From Callorhinchus milii (lineage: Eukaryota): a stretch of DNA of 64,000 nucleotides. The notes under the pieces were generated by a model, which saw only the letters and a list, made by a program, of their open reading frames with translations, did no database searches and had not been told where the DNA came from. Where the stretch lies: contig NW_024704743.1 of assembly GCF_018977255.1 (NCBI RefSeq), forward strand, positions 27,344,001 to 27,408,000. The letters run 5' to 3'. Each line of letters starts with the position of its first letter. Position 1 is the first letter of the stretch. Of this stretch, positions 37,678 through 51,570 are shown piece by piece. Both the position numbers and the translations under genes were made by a program.

Positions 37678-39615
37678 TGCCACACACATACAGCCACACG
37701 TAGACACACACGCACACACACTGCCACACACACAGACACACACTGCCACACACACACACAAACAGCCACACACACAGCAACACACACTGCCTGCCTCTCA
37801 CACACATACACGCACTGCCAGACACACGCACTGCCACATACACACTGCCACATCGCCACAGGGCCACATACACAGACACACACACAAACAGTCACACACA
37901 CACACACAGCCACACACACGCACAGCCACACACACACACTCACCCACATTGCGACACACACAGTGCGACACACAAACTGCGACATGGCCAAGGCCCACAC
38001 ACACACACACACAGCCACACAGACACAAACAGCCACAGAGCCGCACAGAGCCACACACACGCAGCCATACAAAGAGCCACACACAGCCACACACAGAGCC
38101 ACAAACACACACACACACACACACAGAGCCACACGTAGCCACAGCTGCACACACACATACACAGCCACACACACACACACACAATCACATGCACACACAG
38201 CCAAACACACAGCCAGACACACACAGCCCTACACATACACACAGAGCCACACACACGCAAAGCCACGCACACACAGCCTCACGCACACAGAGCCACACAC
38301 ACGCACACAGCCACACACACAGAGCCACTGCCACATACACACAAACACAGCCACACACACAGACAGCCACACACACACAGCCACACACACACAGCCTCAC
38401 TCACACAGAGCACACACACACACACACAGAGCCACACACACGCACACAGCCACACACACAGAGCCACTGCCACATACACACGAACACAGCCACACACACA
38501 GACAGCCACACACAAACAGCCACATAGAGCCACTGCAACACACACACAAACACAGCCACACACACAGACAGCCACACACACACAGCCACATAGAGCCACT
38601 GCCACACACACACACACACAAAGCCACACACAAACACACACACAGAGCCACAGCCACACACACACACACACATGGCGACAGACAAAAAAAACACAGCTAC
38701 AGCCACACACACACACACACACACACACACAGCCACACACACACAGAGAGAGCCACAGCCACACAAGCCACACACACCACAGCTACACACACACACACAG
38801 CCACAGCCACACACATACAGAAGCACTGCCACACACAGCCACCCACACACACAGCCACACATACACACACAGTCACACACACAGCCACACACACACACAC
38901 ACAGAGCCACACACACATTGAGCCACTGCCACACACACACACAAACAGAGCCACTGCCACACACACACATACACACACACATACAGCCACACACACACAG
39001 CCCCACACACACAGCCACACACAGCCACACAAACACAGAGCCACTGCCACATGCAAACAGCCACACACACAAACACAAAGCCACACAAACACACAGAGCC
39101 ACAACCATACACAGAGCCACAGCCACACACACACACACACAGAGCCACACACACAGAGCCACACGTAGCCACAGCTGCACACACACATACACAGCCACAC
39201 ACACACACACACAATCACATGCACACACAGCCAAACACACAGCCAGACACACACAGCCCTACACATACACACAGAGCCACACACACGCAAAGCCACGCAC
39301 ACACAGCCTCACGCACACAGAGCCACACACACACACACACACACAGAGCCACACACACGCACACAGCCACACACACAGAGCCACTGCCACATACACACGA
39401 ACACAGCCACACACACAGACAGCCACACACACACAGCCACATAGAGCCACTGCAACACACACACAAACACAGCCACACACACAGACAGCCACACACACAC
39501 AGCCACATAGAGCCACTGCCACACACACACACACACAAAGCCACACACAAACACACACACAGAGCCACAGCCACACACACACACATGGCGACAGACAAAA
39601 AAAACACAGCTACAG

Positions 39616-39647
<32 letters not shown>

Positions 39648-40545
39648 CCACACACACACACAGAGAGCCACAGCCACACAAACCACAGCTACACACACAC
39701 ACACAGCCAGACACACACAGCCACACACACACAGAGAGAGCCACAGCCACACAAGCCACACACACCACAGCTACACACACACACACAGCCACAGCCACAC
39801 ACATACAGAAGCACTGCCACACACAGCCACCCACACACACAGCCACACATACACACACACAGTCACACACACACACACAGCCACACACACACACACACAC
39901 AGAGCCACACACACACACACACAGAGCCACACACACATTGAGCCACTGCCACACACACACACAGAGCCACTGCCACACAGAGCCACTGCCACACACACAC
40001 ATACACACACACATACAGCCACACACACACAGCCCCACACATACAGCCACACATACACACAGCCACACACAGCCACTGTGGCACACACACACACACAGCC
40101 ACACACACAGCCACACAAACACAGAGCCACTGCCACATGCAAACAGCCACACACACAAACACAAAGCCACACAAACAAACACACAGAGCCACAACCATAC
40201 ACAGAGCCACAGCCACACACACACACAAACAGCCACACAGACACAGACAGAGCCACAGCCACACACACACAGACAGCCACACATACACATAGCCACAGAC
40301 ACACAACACCCCCCCACACACACACACATGGCCACATACGTACACATCCACACACAGCCACACACACACACAGCACCACACACACACAGCACCACACACA
40401 CGCAGCCACACACACACACAGCCACACACATGCACACAACCACACACATACATACACAGCCATATACACACACACACCCATACGCGCACACACACCCACA
40501 CGCGCACACAGCCACATACACGCACAGCCACACACGCACAGCCGC
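37678..40545. repeat. Compound (CA)n/CAGC-rich satellite with a ~1 kb higher-order duplication
   Basis: (CA)n runs punctuated by agcc/gagcc/actgcc; distinctive landmarks recur 0.9-1.1 kb apart. Confidence 0.97.
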
Positions 40546-40794
40546 TAATACCATTTGCTGCATACTGTGCAAGTGTGCTTTGCACAAGATGTGTATTGAC
40601 ACCTCTCATGCAAACCGCACAGGTAATGATGTATCAATGCAAAGGAAGTATCAATCAGTCCCGTGCAGGTTGCAGGAACTGACATCTGCAGTGACCTGTT
40701 GAATGCTAGACAACCATTTTGGCTTTCTCTATGCTGACAAGCGTTTCAACATTTTGCTAGCACGGGATGAAGGGGTAACGGAGTGGGCCAGAGA

Positions 40795-42240
40795 GTTTAT
40801 GATCTAGCTCCCGGCCCATCTCCGATCTCCCATTTCTGTCCAAGGTCCTTGAGAGAGCCGTTGCCTCCTAGATTCGCTCTTTCCACTCCCTCCAATCGGG
40901 TTTCCGTGCTGCCCACTGCACGGAAACTGCTTTGGTCAAGGTCACAAATGACATCCTGACCATGTGTAACCACGGCTCCCTCTGCCTCCTCGTCCTCCTC
41001 GACCTCTCCGCTGCTTTTGACACTGTGGACCACTCAATCCTCCTCCACCGCCTCTCGTCCAACCTCAACCTTCAAGGCTCTGTCCTTGACTGGTTCAGGT
41101 CCTACCTTTCACACTGTCTCCACTTTGTCGCAGCAAACAGCTTCTCCAGCCCTCGCACTGTCTCGTGTGGTGTTCCTCAGGGCTCTGTCGTTGGACCATT
41201 CCTCTTCACCCTCTACATGCTCCCCCTTGGTGACATCATCCGCAGACATGGGGTTAATTTCCACATTTTACGGAAGACACCCAACTCTACCTCTCTGCCT
41301 CCACCCTGAACTCCAGGACTACTGTCTTTCCTGACAGACTGCCTGTCTGACATCAAATCCTGGACGAGGGACAACTTTCTCCAACTCAACGTCAGTAAGA
41401 CCGAGGCCTTCCTGATTGGCTCGCGCCAGCGCCTCCGCACCTCAGGCGCTGGCAGCATCAGCCTCCATGGCTGCACACTCAACCTCACTAAGCCGGTCAG
41501 GAATCTGGGTGTCTTATTTGACCCTGAACTGTCCTTTCGCCGCCACATCCACGTCATGACTTGCACTGCCTACCACCACCTCCGTAAGATTGCCAGACTC
41601 CGCCACTGCCCCCACCCCTCAGGCTGCCGAAACCCACAAACACGCATTCGTCACCTCAAGACTCAATTATGGAAACTTGCGCTTCATCGGCCTTCCCAAC
41701 TCTTCCCTCACAAGCTGCAGATCATCCAAAACTCTGCAGGTCGTGTATTGTCGCGCACCAGGCTCTGTGACCCCATCACTCCCACCCTCGCCCAACTCCA
41801 CTGGCTCCCCATCCCTCAGAGGATTGAATTCAGGATCCTCGTCCTCACTTTCAAGACCCTCCATGGCCTTGCCACCTCCTACCTCTATGATCTGCTGACT
41901 CCCTACGAGGCTGCCCGCTCCCTCCGCTCAGCGGGCTCTGGTCTGCTCCATGTCTCCCGCCCGACCTGCTTTACCATCGGTGGCCGGGCTTTCAGCTTCT
42001 CTGCCCCCACACTCTGGAACTCCATCCCACATTTCCTTCGCCTCGCTTCCTCCCTTGCCTCCTTCAAGGCCGGTCTCAAGACTCTCCGCTTCAATCTTGC
42101 CTTTGGTCGCCCTCCCACCTTTCTGCCTTCCCTCATTCCTATCCCACCCCTCCCTCATGCTCGGGTCCTGACCACTGACCGTCCAGCGCCTTGGGACATC
42201 CTCCTGACGTGAAAGGCGCTCTATAAATGTAATGTTGTTT
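40795..42240 (+). mobile_element. 5'-truncated L2 LINE; frameshifted RT ORF2 plus 3' UTR
   Basis: RPISDLPFLSKVLE, LVKVTNDIL, LLDLSAAFDTVDH, GVPQGSVVGP, LHWLPIPQRIEFRIL and FKAGLKT across frames; tail gaaaggcgctctataaatgtaatgttg. Confidence 0.95.
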
Positions 42241-42304
42241 GATATTTTTAATAAATTAGTGGTGGGATTCAATGAACCTGCATTGTAGTACAACATTACA
42301 ATTA

Positions 42305-42665
42305 TAATAATAATACTTACACTTGATATAGTGCTTTTCCTGCAGGAAGCATGTCCCAAAGCATTTCATAGAATATACTGTAAAGTGCAGTGTGTCTTGT
42401 GGGTGAATGTGGCAAGCAAGTTGCACATAGCAATGTCCCTCAAATAGCCCTGAAGTGAGTTAACAATTTTATTTGGGGGATTGTTGGCCAGGTCACCACA
42501 AGAAGCTGCCTTCTCTTTCCAAATAGTACCATGGGATCTTTTTGACATTCACCTGAACAGGCAGACAGGGTCTCGGTTTAACGTCTCATCCTTCTGAAAG
42601 ATAGCACCTCCAACATTGCAGCACCCTCCCAGCAATGCATTGGAGTGTCAAAGTAAACTATGAAT
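42305..42665 (-). mobile_element. Deu-domain SINE
   Basis: atagtaccatgggatctttttgacattcacctgaacaggcagacagggtctcggtttaacgtctcatcc is the reverse of the Deu core. Confidence 0.85.
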
Positions 42666-43169
42666 TCCAATGGGTCTCCACTTTATATATCTGTTTAACT
42701 ATGCAAATATTTAACATCAGAAAAAATATCAGAAGCAGTTCAAAAGCATGTCATTGTTTATTTGTGGTATTATAGATGATAATGTTAATTGTGCATTTTT
42801 CTAAGTAAAGAGAGATTGTGCGACAGTATTAATAATAAATGATGCCCTGGGATAATTTTGACAGCTTATTACTTCTGAAGTTAAAATAATTTTGAAAACA
42901 AATGGATTTAGTCAAGCATAGTTATCTTTGCAAATGTTCTGCACACATATGAGAACTCACCCATACATCACTTCTGAACTGAGCACTTCTGTAACAACAT
43001 CTAGAGGGTATTGTCATGAAAAAATATGGTATTCAGGACCATTCATCAGCAATGGACTAACTGAGTGGATGTGTTATATGTATGTGTGTTTGTAGGTATA
43101 ATAATCACAATTAAATCCAAAGGTATCTGTATCTCCAGTAATCCAGGCCTCTCCCATTTCAAAGTCAAA

Positions 43170-43645
43170 GAGTTCAAATTACATTTGTATGGTGCCTTTC
43201 ATGTCGGAAGGACGCCCCAAGGCCTTGGAGAGTTAGAGATTTGGACCCGAGCTGGGTTTTGGGATCAGCAGGAGTGGAGGGCAGGGAGAGATTGTGGGAT
43301 GGAGATGCAAAGGATGGAGAAAGAGAGGCAGAAAGCCCAACCACTGATGATGGAGCAGGCTTGCTGAGCAGAGGGAGAGGACAGGTCGATATGGAATTAA
43401 AAGGTCACAGAGGTAGGGAGGAGCAAGGCTATGGAGGGCTTTAAAAGTGAGCACGAAGATTTTGAACTCTAATCTCTGGCGGATGGGAAGCCAACGGAAT
43501 AGGGTAACAATGATGGTGGGGGGTGCTAATAGGGTCATGGAGATTGGTGCGGGAGAGGACACACGCTGCAGACTTCTCAATGATCTGCAGCTTGGGGAGG
43601 GAAGAATAGGAAGGCGGACGAACAGGGACTCAGAGCAAAGAAAGC
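43170..43645 (-). mobile_element. L2 LINE 3' fragment
   Basis: Minus-strand WLPIRQRLEFKIFVLTFKALHSLAPPYLCDLL. Confidence 0.85.
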
Positions 43646-44243
43646 TACCAACTCTGCCACGCTGACACCTAAATCGCCCAACACCCTGTTTGCCTTGTTT
43701 ATTGCTGCCTCTCAATGTTTTGATATGGTGAGTGATGAGTCAAATAATACCCCTATATTTCTTTCAGCTTCCCCCTTGGCAAGTTCTATCCCTTCCATGC
43801 AGTATGTGTTTTCTATCTTTACCTCCTTTCAAACAGTAACTTGCTTTTATCTGTATTGAACTTCATTTGTCACTCATCAGTCCATATGCGTACCCTATAG
43901 GCTTTCTTTGTAAGTATATTCTGTGAAGCGATTTGAGACATCGCGAAGACGTGACAAAGTGCTTCATCAAATGCAAGGACTATTATTATTATTTCAAATG
44001 TAAGGATTATTATTATAATATCAAATGCAAGGATTAGTATTATTATATCAAATGCAAGGATTATTTATTATTATTTATATTTTTTATTAGTTGTAGTATT
44101 ATTAATAGTATTATTATTAGACCTTTACCACCTCTTCCGATTCCACAGTTCCTTCAATATGATGTGATCTGCAAATGTAATTACTTTACATTGCATATGT
44201 GAATCCAGATGATATAATTACCTAGAAATACATAAAACATATG

Positions 44244-44565
44244 TGGAGTCCTGTAGCTCAGTGGTTAGAGCATTCGCTTTGCAAGTGAGAGACCTGAGTT
44301 CAATTCCAGGCAGGGCGAAACCTTGTGCAAGTTTCCTTACTCCACACGCCTAATAATAATCCCTCCAAAAAAACCAAAAACAATAATAAATTGGTCATTT
44401 TCAATCTACGACAGTTTGTGGGACATTGCTGTGCGCAATTGGCTGCCGCGTTCGCCCACAAATATGCAGTCAATTCACTTTACAGTGTGTTCTGTGAAGC
44501 GCTTTGGGACGTCCTCCCGACCTGAAAAGCGCTATATCAAATGCAAGGATTATTATTATTATTAT
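44244..44565 (+). mobile_element. CORE-like SINE, short young subfamily, full length
   Basis: Intact A and B boxes with CpGs retained; near-identical to 10348-10663. Confidence 0.92.
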
Positions 44566-46634
44566 AACATTACAACTTGGAGAGGGGCCATTCAGCCCAA
44601 TGAGTCCATGCTGTTATTTGCAGTGATTTCTCAGATACACTTCTCAATTTTCTCCCTAGTTCCACCATCCAAAAGGTCCAGCTCATCCTAAACTCCATCA
44701 ACTGCATCTTCACTTCTAGTAAACTCTACACAGCCATCACTCCAAACCTCAGCAGACTCCACTGTCTCAAAGAACAATTTTCAAGTTCCTCATCCTCGCA
44801 TATAAATTCCTTCAAGTCTTAGTATTTCCTTATCTTTGTGACAATAATAACTTGAATTTATATAGCACTCCTCATGCAGAGTAGCGTCCCGGAGCTCTTG
44901 ACAGTAGCAGAGCAGTACACAGATCCTGGGGTAAGGGAGAAGCGACTGTAGGCATGGTTGAAGAGGATGGTCTTCAGGTGCAATCTGAAGATGGGGAAGG
45001 AAGGCAGAGATATAGAGGAAGAGTGTTCCAGAGTTTTGGAGCGTAGTTTTGGGGTATGACCTACTCACACCCCACTCCTCTGCCTGCTCACTTCTCTCAG
45101 TTTGCACAGGGCTGCTGCACATCCCAACCCCTCCACCCCTCTATAGATGGCCATGCCTTCAGACACTTGTAACCTCTGGAACCCGCTGCCTGAATCCTTC
45201 TATCTCACTCCCTCTTTATCTGTAAATCCCTGACAACAATAAGTTGCATTTTTATTCTACATTTGCGCCCGATAGATATGGCATGGATGTGGAGGATGAA
45301 GCACAGTTGAGGGTCGAACAGGACACCGAGTGCATCCAAGATGAATGATACTGTCAGCACCCGAGGTACGGAGGCATTGACGGGAGTGAAGAAGGAGGGC
45401 CTCGACCACAAAGTGAACAAACAATTGTATTTGGGGGATTATTGCCCAGGATATCAGCAAAAACACCCTTCTCTTTTTTGAGCAGTGCTATGGGATCTTT
45501 AATGACAATGACGCTTGTCCATTCTCCATACTATTCTTTACTGCTTACAGAGGTTTAATTTATCCAACCTCAAAACAATGATCAATCTCAGAATAACCTT
45601 AAAAACAAGATGGATTTTCAAGAGTCAACACTGAGTTCTTTCTGTGGGTTCCAATAATTTATCATTTTCATTCTGTGGTTATCTTTAAAAAGAGATGGGC
45701 CAATGTATTTACTCTCAGTTAAACAAAAATTAAGACGAATCTAAAGACTGTTTAAAATGCGAAGATATTTGAAAAGATTATTTTCTTTCAGATGCACTTT
45801 ATGTATATTTGGGCAGGATTTATTAAGCTCAGATGAATATTATGAGGTGAAGATGTGTACGAGGTACACTAAATCCATGCTTTTTTAGGTGACTGTTTGG
45901 TCCCAAGACATCAAAGGCAGTGATCATGCCCGACTGGTTTCAGAGGAGGAAAGAAATGGACACAAATTAAAACAAAGTCATTGCATCTCTGACATATATT
46001 GCTGTTTAGTTAGATAACTGAAAAGAGCATATTGCTCTGTTTTCCTCCAGGAAAACAAAAAAGTCAGCAGTAATACAAATAAAGTCAGCTATTTGCAATC
46101 AGAAAATTTTAATAACAAATTTGCCTTCTAGTTTCCTGATTTAGCATTAGAGTGGACAAATGTATCTGGGCAAAACTTGCAAGTATTGAAGCACTTTTTA
46201 TTTAGCTAATCAGTTCATCCAATTATTAACGGTGGTGTGATTGAACATAAATTAACTTTATGTAACTGCTATTCACAAATTTGTTGCGAATCACTGACAT
46301 GTGGTAATGTAAACCTTACTGAATATGTTAACTAACTGTCTTGGCTAACAATCCTCTAGATTATTTTGTCATTCTGAGCCTTCATTTATGACGTCCTTCA
46401 TCTCCAGAACTACCTCTCTTTATCCTTCCATCTCGCATCCGGTTCTGTCTTTGAATCCAAATTACAAAGTTTCAACCACACCTATAGACATCTTTGCTTT
46501 CTGCCCTCCTCCACTTTATCGCTTGTTAAGCATCCAACCCATCATTGTGAAGAACTCTGAGATGTTATCCTATTTGAAGGGTATGATGTAAATGTAAGTT
46601 GATGTTGATGCTGTTTGTGATACTTATCATATGC

Positions 46635-47143
46635 CTCTGATCAGAAGCTTGTGGGTTCAAGCCTAATATTGGGACTTTGAACTCACAGTCCAGGCTTACA
46701 CTCCATTGCAGTGCTGGGAGTGTGTTACATTGTTGGATGAGATGTCAAACTGAGGTCCTGTCTGCTTGTTCAGGGGGAAATCGAAATTGTTTCGTCCACA
46801 AATATACAGTCAATTCACTTTACAGTCTATTCGGTGAAACCCTTTGAGATGTCGAGAAGACGTGAAAAGCGCTATATCAAATGTAAGGATTATTATTATT
46901 ATTATAAGATCTCAACCCATTATTCAAAAAAAGAAAGGAGTTTCTCCTGATGTCCTGCTCAACAATCCTGCACATAAGATTGATCAGTCACTTCATAGTG
47001 GTTTGTGAATTATTGTATGAAAATTGGCTGCCACTTTCACGTACAAATACACAGTCACTACAATTCACAGTAAACTATTGTGAAATTATTTAAACATCCT
47101 CCTGATGTGATAAGTTCTACACCAAATGCAAGAATTATTATAT
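46635..47143 (+). mobile_element. Deu-domain SINE with a nested SINE 3' fragment (about 46788-46905)
   Basis: gaggtcctgtctgcttgttcaggggg|insert|aagatctc; tail aaatgcaagaattatt. Confidence 0.75.
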
Positions 47144-48361
47144 TATCAAGTCATTTGTCTTGAAAAGTGACATTAGTCTTTAGGTCTTTTCATTATGAAC
47201 AACTGGAAGCCTTTAGACAAGTTCAGGGAGGTTTTAGTTACTTATGCCTCCGATTACTATAGGATGCTTAAAATCAGCAGGCATTCTGCACTCTGAATTG
47301 CTCAGTGTTCCACTTCATATACAAGCTGAATTCCAAACAGTCCTTCACAGTGGGGGCATGTCCACAGAATATAATACAATCTCCATGGGAATGACAAATA
47401 CTAGTGTAGTGAGACTGATTTGGTTCCCTGCAGCCTGAATCATTAAAGATCTGCCAGCTTTACTCAGGGTGTTTTCCAGCAAAATAACTCAATCAGAGTA
47501 TTGCAGACATTTGGGCTAACTCATTGATTTTTTCAGTGCTAAATGTCTTCGGCTGAAATGAGATCTTGTAATGACTTAGGGCAGTTGGGCTATTTCCAGA
47601 CAATAGCATCACATTGTATGTTAACTTCCTTCAATGAAGACCATAGCCCTACGTGGGCAGAGTCATGTTTCAGTTTTGGTAATCTGTATGCGCTGAGTTA
47701 CATCAAACATTTATTTCCTTTTTCATACTTCTCGCAGTGGTATTTAAATTTGCATCTTCTGATAGTTTTAACAGTTTCACTTTACATGATGGAGTGAGCT
47801 CAAATAAATCAGCATGTTAGCATGGTAAAGGACAATGATTGTAGTGAGAAATTATCCTCTAAGTTAAAGAGCTAAATAAATCTCAACGTTCTTTGACTCA
47901 TAGAAAGGTGGGGGAAAGCAACTTGTGATGTGATAAATACCACTAGCGGTAATTACCACAACACAAAATGCCTTTTTCTAAGGATCTTCCTCATTCTCAA
48001 CATGCAGCATTTATCCCAAACTATTTTTACCTCAATTTAATTTGACTGAAATCATTGTTATATTGTGCTCTCAAAGCTAGAAACGGCAGTGAAGAGTCTA
48101 CAGAATCAATTCCATTGCTTCATGACAGATTGATAAAGAAGGCACAGATGCATGTGAGATCTCTCTATGTGAAGCAAAGAGAAATAACAAAATGCATCAC
48201 CCAAGAGAAGGGTTTATCATTAGAAATCAAGATTTGTATATATTTGTTTATTGGATAAAGATTTGAATCCCTGCCTTTCTATTCGTTTTAAATTCAAAAT
48301 TGAAACATAAACAAAATCACAATCTTGCTTCACCTAGTAGCCTAACAAAAGATTAAGTTAA

Positions 48362-48729
48362 AATAATAATACTTACATTTGATACAGGGCCTTATCACGT
48401 CTTTGAGACGTCTCAAAGCGCTTCACAGAATACACAGTAAAATGAATTGACTGTATATTTTGTGGGCAAAACGTGGCAGGCAATTGCACACAGCAATGTC
48501 CCACAAACAGTCATGGATTGAAGTGACCAATTTATTATCATTAGTTTTTTGAAGGAATTATTACCCTTGGAAAATCCACCAATAAACTGACAACGAGGTT
48601 CCTACTTACTGCTAGATAAACAGAGGCGTATAGAGTAAGGAAACTTGCCCAACATTTTGCTCTGCCAAGAATAGAACCCAGGTTTCTCATTTCCGAAGCA
48701 AGTGCTCTAATTACTGACCTACAGGACTC
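48362..48729 (-). mobile_element. CORE-like SINE, long subfamily, full length
   Basis: Reverse complement of gagtcctgtaggtcagt...cctctgtttatctagcagtaagtagg...tail. Confidence 0.88.
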
Positions 48730-50121
48730 AAATAGAAATCAATGCTAGTGGCTTGGAGCCGAACAAAAGATTCATTGGTCACATTAAACATAAAGTTGCT
48801 GCCTTAATGGCCTGGAAGCAGAAACCATTCTCCTGAAGTGAGGAGACATTTAATCCCATAGGTTTTGAAAGGTCTCAATAAGGTCCCTTTTTCTGTCCTT
48901 GTAACACTTTTCGCATCACATACTGCATCCTCTACCCTCAAAATTTGGTTTGTTAATTTTTCATCATCGCAAAATTCTACAATGCAAGCCTACTTTTAAC
49001 TTTGCTGTCATATGTATTGCATACCTGTAAATAACAATAACACAGGCAATGTTGGGGGTATATATGTGTTGCAGCTGTTGAACGAACAGTAGAATGCCAT
49101 CCTCATATCAGTCTGCTAGCTTATGAATGCCCATGAGTAGCAATTTTTAAAGAAGAAAGAACTTGTTTTAAAGCATAAGAACATGAGTGAGTATGGAACA
49201 AAAAGCGCTATTTGGCCCATTAATCCCATTTATTTCACAGGACACATACAATTTGTTCTGTCACAGAACCAATCCATATCACCTACAAAGGAAGTGTCAT
49301 GTAATTTTCTTCCTACCCCCTTAAAACGAAGTTGAGCAGAACAACCTCCAGAATTTCTCTACACCCTGCACGTCCCACATTATTCATCCATGACAATGCC
49401 ATGGTCCCACAAATTCATGGGTGATTATTTTCTGCACAAAGTTCAATCATCTCTGGGATAAAGTTTGCAGCACTTCATAACGTTTTCCTGGTGTTAAATG
49501 GGACTTTACCATTGTGCTTGGACCTGACACCTCCTCCACACCGTGCTGCCCGGCAAAATCCCAGGACAATGGTATAGTCCTTTTTTTCCCAAGTACATTT
49601 TAAAGACAAAATTAGTCTTTGTCAATGCAAAAGAGGAAGACAGCTTCCTCTACTTACACAGGAAAGAAAATCTGTCTCAAAAATAGATTTGAGCATAATG
49701 GAAAGGTGCTGGTCAGGACTAAGCAGAGGGGTCGAGCTGCAACAGCTAAGTAACTAATTAAAACCTGTCCTTAATTAAGAAACTGTCAGATATGTGTGAT
49801 TAGTGAACAACAGGAACATATCACAACTTGCTGTAGACTTAAACCCTCTAGTGGGTTTATCCTCAATACCATCCCTGGCCAAATACACACCAACTATCTG
49901 TTTCCAGAACACTCTCCCTCTACACCTCATCCATTTATTTACTTTAATAAATTTATTTATTTAATTATTTAATTATTTAATAAATAATGTATTTATTATT
50001 ATTTATCTGTCTTTCAATCCTACCTAAAACATACCTCTTGGACTGTGGTCTTGTCTCCTTCTCTCTCCTCTCCTACTTTGTTATATTTCAACTAATAATG
50101 TGTAGAACACTCTTTTATTTC

Positions 50122-50380
50122 AGCTCACCAGGCAGGGCGAAACCTTGGGCAAGTTTCCTTACTCCACACGCCTAATAATAATCCTTCCAAAAAGCAAAAC
50201 GATAATAAATCGGTCATTTTCAATCCACGACTGTTTGTGGGACACTGCTGTGCGCAATTGGCTGCCGTGTTTCGCCCACAAATATACAGTCAATTCACTT
50301 TACAGCATATTCTGTGAAGCGCTTTGAGATATCTGGAAGACGTGAGAAGCGCTATATCAAATGCAACGATTATTATTAGT
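50122..50380 (+). mobile_element. CORE-like SINE, short subfamily, 5'-truncated
   Basis: ccaggcagggcgaaaccttgggcaagtttccttactccacacgcctaataataatcc. Confidence 0.88.
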
Positions 50381-51159
50381 TATTATAGTTACAAAATCAG
50401 TCTCACCAAAAACCCTCCACTCAGTACTTCCTGGTTTTCTATCTCCTGATCCTGTTTTATTGGTTCTCGTCAATTGGTCCTTATTTATTAATTAGTATCC
50501 AGCATACTTCTCCCTTACTGATCTGGTCGAACACTGTCTCCTCTGGACACTACAGCACTTTCTGAAGCTAGCCTATATGAAGGGCACTATATAAATAGTA
50601 ATAATAATCCTTGCATTAGTGTTTTCAATTAAGGAGGATATCTGAAGCCTTGTTGTTTTAAAGAATTCATTAACTCACCATGACAACTATTTGTGGGACA
50701 CTGCTGTGCGCAATTGGCTGGCACATTTTGCCCACAAACACACGGTCAATTCACTTTACAGTGTATCCTGTGAAGTGCTTGGAGACATCTCAATGACGTG
50801 ATAAGGCGCTAAATCAAATGCAAGGATTATTACTATTGCTAAGTAGTTATAGTAGTTATATTACTAGTACTAGTTGTGTGTTTCCAGCCCATCACTCTGA
50901 AAGGAAACATTCTTCCAATCTCAGTTCTTGCTTGAGATTTATTTAATTGCACACTTTATCTTTTATTTTTGTTCTCATAATCTGAATCAGATAACCTGCT
51001 TGGATTCTTTATTTCCTACAATATTTTTGAAGAAAATAATGCTGAGGTACAGACTCCAGATCTGAAATTTCCCTTTCACGGAACTTCAAGACTATTTATC
51101 TTAAAATTTAAGAATATACAGAATCTTGGAAAATTCTTTAATTCAATTTTCATTTCTGT

Positions 51160-51570
51160 TAGTTTGGCTCAAATTGAAGTATTCTCAGGTCTCAGTCAAA
51201 AGTTTGTAGATTCAAGTCCCACATCAGAAATTGAACTCACATTAACTAAACTGAGATTCCAGTGCAGTACATTGTCGGAGGTGCTGTCCTTTGGATGACA
51301 TGCTAAATCGAGGTCCCGTCTGCATGTTAAGTGGACGTTAAAGATACCTTGGCACTACTCGAAAAAAGAATTGAGTTTCTCCGATCTCCCAAATAAAAAA
51401 TAACAATTCATTTACTGGCTGTTTGTGGGATATTGCTGTGCACAATTGGGCTGGCGTGTTTGCCTACCAATACACAGTCACTCCACTTCACAGAAGATCT
51501 TGTGCTGTGCTTTGAGACACCCACTGATGTGAAAGGTGCTATACCATATGAAAGGGTTGTTGTTGTTATT
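51160..51570 (+). mobile_element. Deu-domain SINE, near full length
   Basis: ttggctcaaattg head; gaggtcccgtctgcatgttaagtggacgttaaagatacc core; (gtt)n tail. Confidence 0.85.

Noticed and set aside
37628..40702. Long His/Thr-rich (+) and Cys/Val-rich (-) ORFs up to 676 aa
   Set aside because: Artefacts of the (CA)n/(TG)n satellite, which seldom contains stops; multiple frames on both strands are open at once
40932..42212. Functional reverse transcriptase gene
   Set aside because: 5'-truncated, frameshifted, and the catalytic YADD motif is disrupted
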